Shown here: in pieces, positions 26,549-32,000 of the stretch
Layout of the letters: every line of letters begins with the position of its first letter
Numbering within the stretch: the stretch's first letter is position 1
DNA from: Cenarchaeum sp.
GTDB taxonomy: Archaea > Thermoproteota > Nitrososphaeria > Nitrososphaerales > Nitrosopumilaceae
Assembly (NCBI GenBank): GCA_965206845.1
Contig: OZ242221.1
Span: 166,690 to 198,689, forward strand
DNA: 32,000 nt
Direction: 5' to 3'
Made by a program: the position numbers and the translations under genes
The notes under the pieces: model-generated
What the model was told of the DNA's origin: nothing
Seen by the model: only the letters and a program-made list of their open reading frames with translations
Databases searched by the model: none

Positions 26549-27223
26549 TCACAGGTAAAATTCTGATTTGAGGTTTCGGTAGAACATTCTCATGTTGGAT
26601 TCAAGTACAGGTATCTTCTGCTCCATACCCTGCAGTATCGCATCGGACTGGCTATGCGGAATGGATTCTGTGGCCGCATCAAGCCAAAACCTTATCATAT
26701 CCCGATCCACCTCCAGGTGAAACTGCAGGCCCACTGTCGTGCCTATCCGGAATGCCTGGTTTGCATACAGTCCGGAGCGGGCAAGACGAACAGCCCCCTC
26801 GGGAAGGTCAAAGGTGTCACCGTGCCAGTGAAATACGGTAAAGGGATCACCAAACCCCGAGAGGAGCGGGTCTGATCCAGCCACATGCAGATCATCAAAG
26901 AACCCGATCTCGCTTCTGGGTCCCCGGTACACGCGGGCCCCAAAGGCCTTTGCAACAAGCTGGGAGCCCAGGCAGACTCCCAGCAGCGGAGTCCCCTCCC
27001 TTGCAAACCTGCGGATGAGATCCATCTCTTCCCTCAGGTACGGCAAGTCGTCGTTTGCGCTCTCCGGCGCGCCAAGGATTACCCCCATGGCGTACCTGCC
27101 GCGTGGAATCCCCTGCCGCTTTGCGTGGATCACGTCAACGCCAAACCCGTCCTCCCGAAGCAGCCTTCCCAGAAGCCCCGGCCCCTCGGTCCGGGCGTTC
27201 TGCACAATCAGGACATCAGGCAC
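26549..27223 (-). CDS. Class I glutamine amidotransferase-like protein (GATase1).
   Basis: 224-aa ORF with a GTG start. PLLGVCLGSQLVA (nucleophile-elbow Cys) and LQFHLE (His-Glu of the triad). Confidence 0.85.
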   Translation of the reverse strand: MPDVLIVQNARTEGPGLLGRLLREDGFGVDVIHAKRQGIPRGRYAMGVILGAPESANDDLPYLREEMDLIRRFAREGTPLLGVCLGSQLVAKAFGARVYRGPRSEIGFFDDLHVAGSDPLLSGFGDPFTVFHWHGDTFDLPEGAVRLARSGLYANQAFRIGTTVGLQFHLEVDRDMIRFWLDAATESIPHSQSDAILQGMEQKIPVLESNMRMFYRNLKSEFYL

Positions 27224-27383
27224 TGCACGGATGCGCCGCCGCCTCCTAATATGTCAAGCCTCAAAGCGGCCCAGGACGGATGGCGAGCAGAAGAGGGGAC
27301 GCGCCCAGCCGCATCAGGGCAAACCACGCGGCCAGGCACCGGCATGGAAAGATGTAAAGGCTGCCGTGCCGTTATCTGCGCCG

Positions 27384-27764
27384 ATGCAGGTATCAGAGTC
27401 TGAGATAAGCGGCCTCCGGGACTTTGTCGCATTCCTGAACCTGCAGGAGAACAGTGCTGTCGCAGTGGAGGGAATGCGGGATGTTGCGGCCCTCAGGTGC
27501 ATAGGGTACCGCGGAACAATCCTTGAGTTTCACAGGTTCTGCGGCCTGGCAGAGTTTGCAGATGCGGCAGCCGGGTACGGCACCGTGATAATGCTCTTTG
27601 ATCGGGACAGAAAGGGCATGTACCTGACCAGGCGGCTGACAGGCATGCTGCAGCGCAGAACCAAGGTCGACACGGCATCCAGGCGAAGGCTTGGGGGGAT
27701 CACCTGCGGCAGGATAAGATGCACCGAGCAGCTGATGTGCTACCTGCCGCACCTAGGGCAATGA
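27384..27764 (+). CDS. Small Toprim-domain protein (126 aa).
   Basis: From the ATG at 27384: MQVSESEISGLRDFVAFLNLQENSAVAVEGMRDVAALRCIGYRGTILEF...GTVIMLFDRDRKGMYLTRRL. This carries the Toprim E...DxD pattern (VEG and FDRDRKG). The upstream part of the track ORF (27015..) is antisense to the GATase gene. Confidence 0.6.
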   Translation: MQVSESEISGLRDFVAFLNLQENSAVAVEGMRDVAALRCIGYRGTILEFHRFCGLAEFADAAAGYGTVIMLFDRDRKGMYLTRRLTGMLQRRTKVDTASRRRLGGITCGRIRCTEQLMCYLPHLGQ

Positions 27765-27951
27765 CACGTCTCCGGGTTTAGCTTTGTCCCGTCTGTCCTG
27801 CGTTGTGAGTGCTTAAGGGCTGCCACCGCACCTTGTGCCACATGGGGGTGCCGTGCCACACAGATGTGAATTTTGACCTTGAGTCAGCCGACCTGCCTTT
27901 CCTTCTTGCCGGGATTCGCAGCCAATCCAGGCGTTCCAGACAGGGCCGAAA

Positions 27952-29229
27952 TTAACTGGTCCAGATGCCCTTGTGGTTGAAGGCGATGACCACCCTCTCA
28001 ACTGCAACCACCATGGCGGCCTTTCTCATATCAATGCCGTGCTTTTTGGCCAGGTCGTATGTGTCCTTGAAGCCGCGAGTGATGTTTGCCTCCATCTTGC
28101 CTGCAACCTCGTCAAATGTCCAGTAGTAGCCCATGTTGTTCTGGACCCACTCCAAGTATGATATGCAGACGCCGCCGGAGTTTGCCAGTATGTCGGGAAT
28201 TACGAGTATGCCCTTGTCGTAGAGTATTGGATCGGCGTCGGGCAGTGTCGGGCCGTTTGCCGCCTCGCCGATTATCTTGCAGTCTATCTTTTCTGCAATA
28301 TCCTTGGTAATTGCGTTCTCCAGTGCCCCGGGAACAAGCACGTCGCACTTCATGGTAAGGAGTTCCTCTGTGGTAATCTGCCTGCTTCCGGGGAATCCCA
28401 CAACCGTGCCGCTCTCCTTCTTGTACTCCATCAGCTTGCCTACGTCAAAGCCACCGGGAACCGTGATGGAGCCCTTTGAGTCGCTGGCTGCAATCACCCT
28501 TGCGCCCATCTTCTCCAAGTATACGCCTGCAAAGGTTGATGCGTTTCCGAATCCCTGCAGAACCACCTCTGCTCCGTTTAAGTCCAGATCGATTAGCTTC
28601 GCCGCCTCCCGGACGCAGTATGCCGTCCCCAGCCCGGTTGAGACGTTTCTTGCCAGCGAGCCGGCCATAGAGACCGGCTTTCCCGTAATGACTGCCGGGC
28701 AGTATATGTTGCCGTTCATCTTGCTATATGTATCCATTATCTGCACCATCTCACGTCCTGCCGTGTAGACATCCGGTGCAGGAATGTCCTTCTGCGGGCC
28801 GATCACCTCTGCGATCTTGTAGGTAAAGCCACGGGTCAGTTTCTCCAGCTCGGCATCGCTGAGTTTCTCCTTCTTCGGGTTGACGAATATGCCACCCTTT
28901 CCGCCGCCCATCGGAATGTCGACTATGGCGCACTTCCATGTCATCCAAGACGACAGTGCCATCACCTCGCGCTCCATGTACTCGACGCCGCCCTCGGGGT
29001 CAAAGTACCGGATACCGCCCTTGTACGGTCCCCTGTCGTTGTTATGCTGGCATCGAAATCCTGTAAATACTCTGAGGCTGCCATCGTCCATCTTTACGGG
29101 AATCTTGACGCGCAAGAGTCTGTCCGGCATCACTAGATAGTCGCGCAGTCCCCTGTCCTGGATTCCCAGTATGTCGCATGCGTCGTTGACCTGTTTCGCT
29201 GCGCTCTCAAAAGGATCGTGGCCTGACAA
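27952..29229 (-). CDS. gdhA: Glutamate dehydrogenase.
   Basis: 425-aa ORF with a TTG start. GPYKGGIRY, MTWKCAIVDIPMGGGKGG and VVLQGFGNAS (Rossmann) are canonical Glu/Leu/Phe/Val dehydrogenase motifs. Confidence 0.93.
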   Translation of the reverse strand: MSGHDPFESAAKQVNDACDILGIQDRGLRDYLVMPDRLLRVKIPVKMDDGSLRVFTGFRCQHNNDRGPYKGGIRYFDPEGGVEYMEREVMALSSWMTWKCAIVDIPMGGGKGGIFVNPKKEKLSDAELEKLTRGFTYKIAEVIGPQKDIPAPDVYTAGREMVQIMDTYSKMNGNIYCPAVITGKPVSMAGSLARNVSTGLGTAYCVREAAKLIDLDLNGAEVVLQGFGNASTFAGVYLEKMGARVIAASDSKGSITVPGGFDVGKLMEYKKESGTVVGFPGSRQITTEELLTMKCDVLVPGALENAITKDIAEKIDCKIIGEAANGPTLPDADPILYDKGILVIPDILANSGGVCISYLEWVQNNMGYYWTFDEVAGKMEANITRGFKDTYDLAKKHGIDMRKAAMVVAVERVVIAFNHKGIWTS

Positions 29230-29253
29230 TATGCTTGAAATTTTTTATAAACA

Positions 29254-29262
29254 CTATATTTA
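29254..29262 (-). promoter_or_regulatory. TATA box (TAAATATAG on the minus strand) for gdhA.
   Basis: Centred about 29 nt upstream of the TTG start at 29229. An A-rich tract (29241-29251) lies between the two. Confidence 0.35.
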
Positions 29263-29518
29263 GGTTTTGACATGGCAGGCACGATTACTCCCCTGAAGGC
29301 GTGCATCCACGTGCATGAATGTAGGGGGCGCGACGCTATGCTTGCGCGCTGCGCCCCGCTTGCCGCCTGTATGCGTGCCTATGTGGCGCCCGATCCTTTA
29401 TCCGGATGTACCCCGTCGCATGTGGCGCCATAGGCATGCCGACATATCTTTTGAATGGACGGCGCGTCTGGCCGCCTGCCAGGCAGAGGCAGGATGATCA
29501 CGGTAGTCCGGGATGAAG

Positions 29519-30394
29519 TCATGTGGCAGATGCCAGGATCTCGTTTGCGGCGCCTTGCAGGATCCGGCACTGCCCGAGTGCCCGCTCCGTGCCACCCTCC
29601 AGATCAAGGGCAATCCTGAGGACGTGGGCCAGCTCCGGCCTTGAGGGCATCATGTCTTTTGCCGCGACCATGATATTCTTGCTGGTGTACCCGAGGTAAA
29701 AGTAGCAGTCAGGTATCTGCTGGTGCCCTGCCATGTAGTCGTGCTTCCTGCCGATAATCCCCGAGTGGCCGTTGCCCTCCACCATGTCTGAGAGTCCCAT
29801 GGTAGACTTGGACATCCTCTCCAGCAGTACCGGTGTGGCCCGGTCGATTCCAATGCACGAGTGCACCACGGCAAGCTTTTCGCTGATGGGATCCCTGTCC
29901 AGCTGGCGCAGGGCGCCAAGCATGTGGGCAGGGCTGGGTCGGATCCCGTTTGAGAAGCAGATGGCATCGGCAAGGTAGAATGCGGCGCACTTGAGCCATG
30001 CCGGTGCCAGCATGTCACCTGCCGCCAGGCCATGCCGGGCCCTAGCAGTGCAGAACAACGAGTCTAGCAGGGAGTTCCTTGCCGAGTCGCGAAAGAGATC
30101 CCCGCGCCTCTCCCGAAGCGTGGACAAAAGCATGCGGATCTCCCACCGGTCGTCCCGGAGTATTTGCAGATCACAGAGCTGGGCCAAGATGTTTGAGTGG
30201 TACTCGTTGAAGGACCCATGGTGCACCCTTACAAAGTTCCCGTCCTGCTCCACCACCAGCTCGCCCTCCACCCTTCCGTCAAAGACAGTGATGTCGTGTT
30301 CGCAGCATTCCAGCGGGCTCTGGTTCTGGCACCCACCGGCGCCCACGGCAAAATCGGTCAGCGAGTACTCTTCCAGTATGCTCTCCAGATCCAT
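29519..30394 (-). CDS. Hypothetical protein (291 aa), no family recognised.
   Basis: Long ORF with balanced composition. The N-terminal segment (ECCEHDITVFDGRVEGELVV...VRVHHG) is followed by a mostly helical region. Overlapping ORFs in other frames are Arg/Pro/Ser-rich shadows. Confidence 0.65.
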   Translation of the reverse strand: MDLESILEEYSLTDFAVGAGGCQNQSPLECCEHDITVFDGRVEGELVVEQDGNFVRVHHGSFNEYHSNILAQLCDLQILRDDRWEIRMLLSTLRERRGDLFRDSARNSLLDSLFCTARARHGLAAGDMLAPAWLKCAAFYLADAICFSNGIRPSPAHMLGALRQLDRDPISEKLAVVHSCIGIDRATPVLLERMSKSTMGLSDMVEGNGHSGIIGRKHDYMAGHQQIPDCYFYLGYTSKNIMVAAKDMMPSRPELAHVLRIALDLEGGTERALGQCRILQGAANEILASAT

Positions 30395-30503
30395 ACGCCA
30401 TACTGGGCAGGCCCGTCTATAAAACGGCCAAGCTGATAATATTTACCAGGCGCGCAGCTGCCAAAACATTCCTTTAAATTGAGATCCGGCAGAGCACCAT
30501 CGG

Positions 30504-30579
30504 GCTCCTGTGGTGTAGTCCGGCTAAGCATACTGCCCTCTCAAGGCAGTGATCCCGGGTTCAAATCCCGGCGGGAGCA
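30504..30579 (+). tRNA. tRNA-Glu (anticodon CUC), no encoded CCA.
   Basis: Cloverleaf folded by hand. Acceptor GCUCCUG/CGGGAGC (one G-U pair), D-arm with GG in the loop, anticodon stem CUGCC/GGCAG with loop CU-CUC-AA, T-arm CCGGG-UUCAAAU-CCCGG, discriminator A. CCTTTAAATTGAG lies about 27 nt upstream. Confidence 0.92.
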
Positions 30580-30775
30580 TCTCTCATGCCAGGCTATTTG
30601 AGGTGACAGTGTAATCATGGCAGCAAAGCTAGCAGATGCTACACGCACCATCTAGAACCGAACCACAAACACCAAGATCACGCAGGGCTCATCTGCCTGC
30701 AATAAGAGACGGCATGTCGGTCGCCAGCAGGCATCCTGTTTCTGCTGCGCCCGGCATCACCCTGCCGCCGGTACG

Positions 30776-30876
30776 ATAAGAAACGCCGCCTGTACGGATG
30801 TGGTGGTGGCATCCCCGCTGAGCGTTACCTTAGAGAACAGGTGGCGCAATAAGAAACGTCACCTGTACGGATGTGG
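30776..30876. repeat. 28-nt direct repeat (26/28 identical) at 30776-30803 and 30849-30876. The second copy is the 3' coding end of the SIMPL gene.
   Basis: ataagaaacgccgcctgtacggatgtgg versus ataagaaacgtcacctgtacggatgtgg, 73 nt apart. Confidence 0.85.
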
Positions 30877-31600
30877 CGACCGTTTGATCAGGCGCGAAGA
30901 GCTGCGTTGAGGATCTGTCAGTGTCAGCTCGCGCGAATGCAAAAGACTCCTGCGCGTACGGTTTGCCATCAAACATCGATACCGTCTTGACCCCCGCTAT
31001 CTCATGGCCAAGCGGCTCCAGAATCTCTTGCGCCCTGTCCATTGCATTAAGCACGGCGTCCTCGATGAGGTCGCGCTGTATCGCGGTCTGCCTGTCAGGC
31101 GAGAGTGTAAAGTATATCGTATCTATCCGGTTTGCCCCGGCGCCAACGGCACCGTCAACAATGTCCGCTGCCGAGTCCAGCATTGCCGTCTCAACGGTGA
31201 CCGTGTTGGTCACGCGGTACCCCACAAGCTCCTGCGTGTATAAGCCGTCCACCTCAAACCCCTGATACACTGGACGGATGTCAAACCGGGACGTGCTAAC
31301 ATCTTCCTGCGGTATCCCCGCCTCAAGTATGGCGCCTATCGTGCCGTCCATCAGATCCGAGTTGGACTCGAGGGCGCCACGGGCCGTATCCTCCTGCGTC
31401 TCAACGCCAATCCGCACCACCAGCAGGTCCGCTGCCACGCTCTCTGACGCGGTTCCCACCACGCTGATCTCGTGCTCGTTTGTCTGAGCCGGTATCGCTG
31501 GAAACTCTTGCCGCGCATTGTCAGACAGACTCAAGGTCGCAACGGCTATTCCAAACAGCACAACGGCTACTGCTATAGCCAGCTTGCCGTCTGTAACCAT
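30830..31600 (-). CDS. SIMPL/DUF541-domain protein, membrane-anchored.
   Basis: 256-aa ORF with an N-terminal TM (LAIAVAVVLFGIAVATL). ISVVGTASESVAADLLVVRIGVET...ARGALESNSDLMDGTIGAILEAGIPQEDVSTSRFDIRPVY fits the SIMPL family pattern. Confidence 0.85.
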   Translation of the reverse strand: MVTDGKLAIAVAVVLFGIAVATLSLSDNARQEFPAIPAQTNEHEISVVGTASESVAADLLVVRIGVETQEDTARGALESNSDLMDGTIGAILEAGIPQEDVSTSRFDIRPVYQGFEVDGLYTQELVGYRVTNTVTVETAMLDSAADIVDGAVGAGANRIDTIYFTLSPDRQTAIQRDLIEDAVLNAMDRAQEILEPLGHEIAGVKTVSMFDGKPYAQESFAFARADTDRSSTQLFAPDQTVATSVQVTFLIAPPVL

Positions 31601-31692
31601 GCTTTTGGCCTTAGTCTATTATATTTATAGATTCTATTAAAAAATCTGATCTTTGTTATCCAATTACTCTAGGCAAGAAATACACTGGGAAT

Positions 31693-32000
31693 ATGGCACT
31701 TCGGGACGTTACGCTGAGGGAGGAGTATAGATCAGACAGGAATGACCTGATCACCGAGTTCTTTGAGCCGTGCCTCAGGAACTGCGCCGAGTACTCCAGG
31801 TGCATCGAGTCGGTATCCATCAGGAATCTCTCAAAGCTGGCCCTGGGCCTTGACAACTTTACGGAGAGACGGGTCAAGATGCGCGTCGTCTGCGGCCACA
31901 GGTTCGATGCGTCCGAGCTGGATCTGCTCTCCAGGCTGTTTGGCCACAGCAAGGCCAAGGGCTTCCTGGGCGGTTCGATCATCAAAGACGCCAAGATGGC
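31693..32000 (+). CDS. 5' end of a larger protein (partial, continues beyond the window). It resembles the N-terminal module seen in PLD-like/SF2-helicase fusion proteins.
   Basis: Hand translation from the ATG at 31693: MALRDVTLREEYRSDRNDLITEFFEPCLRNCAEYSRCIESVSIRNLSKLALGLDNFTERRVKMRVVCGHRFDASELDLLSRLFG..., with no stop before the window end. A very AT-rich promoter region (31601-31692) precedes it. The listed minus ORF 31656..31994 is Ser/Arg/Leu-rich and looks like an antisense shadow. Confidence 0.6.
   Translation, partial: MALRDVTLREEYRSDRNDLITEFFEPCLRNCAEYSRCIESVSIRNLSKLALGLDNFTERRVKMRVVCGHRFDASELDLLSRLFGHSKAKGFLGGSIIKDAKM

Noticed and set aside
27015-27383. Upstream 123 codons of ORF 27015..27764.
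   Set aside because: This part overlaps the GATase gene antisense and the divergent promoter region. The Toprim-like sequence starts at the ATG at 27384.
28277-28768. 163-aa plus-strand ORF and other ORFs inside gdhA.
   Set aside because: They are antisense to, or out of frame with, a canonical glutamate dehydrogenase.
31656-31994. 112-aa minus-strand ORF at the right edge.
   Set aside because: It is Ser/Arg/Leu-rich and lies exactly antisense to an open plus-strand frame. That plus-strand frame starts after a strong AT-rich promoter and has balanced, motif-bearing composition.

Overview
The window looks archaeal. TATA-like boxes sit about 25-30 nt upstream of many start codons, several starts are GTG or TTG on apparently leaderless transcripts, and the tRNA has no encoded CCA. 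Overall GC is fairly high. The gene content fits a thaumarchaeon (Nitrosopumilales/Cenarchaeum-like), but that assignment is inference only.

The left half (1-17.3 kb) looks accessory and surface-related:
- Two giant secreted beta-propeller repeat proteins with LVIVD-like 'VQIIDITDP' units. One runs off the left edge, which explains why it is absent from the ORF track.
- A two-gene cassette between them (PPOX/F420-type flavoprotein plus a membrane-anchored beta-rich protein), bracketed by five copies of a ~25-nt palindromic repeat.
- An ArsR-type regulator with a 9-unit, 20-bp tandem array (TACCGGTA core) and a G4-type G-tract upstream.
- purC and two small membrane or hypothetical proteins.
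- A 515-aa collagen-like protein with about 96 uninterrupted G-X-Y triplets.
- Two intact IS elements inserted side by side just upstream of the collagen-like gene, both with clean target duplications: an IS4/IS5-type DDE element with a YREK signature, and an IS481-type rve element.

The right half is mostly housekeeping:
- A DHH phosphoesterase, DUF3179 protein and 4-TM Cys-pair membrane protein, all on the same strand.
- Citrate synthase, MOFRL glycerate kinase, a short Fe-ADH family dehydrogenase, an LLM/F420-type oxidoreductase, a class I GATase, a small Toprim protein and glutamate dehydrogenase.
- A 291-aa hypothetical, tRNA-Glu(CUC) and a SIMPL/DUF541 protein.
- The 5' end of a gene running off the right edge.

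I see no complete known defence system, no cas genes and no rRNA. The most unusual items are the collagen-like gene and its IS context, the palindromic repeat family, the modular 7-blade architecture of the giant proteins, and the 20-bp repeat array.
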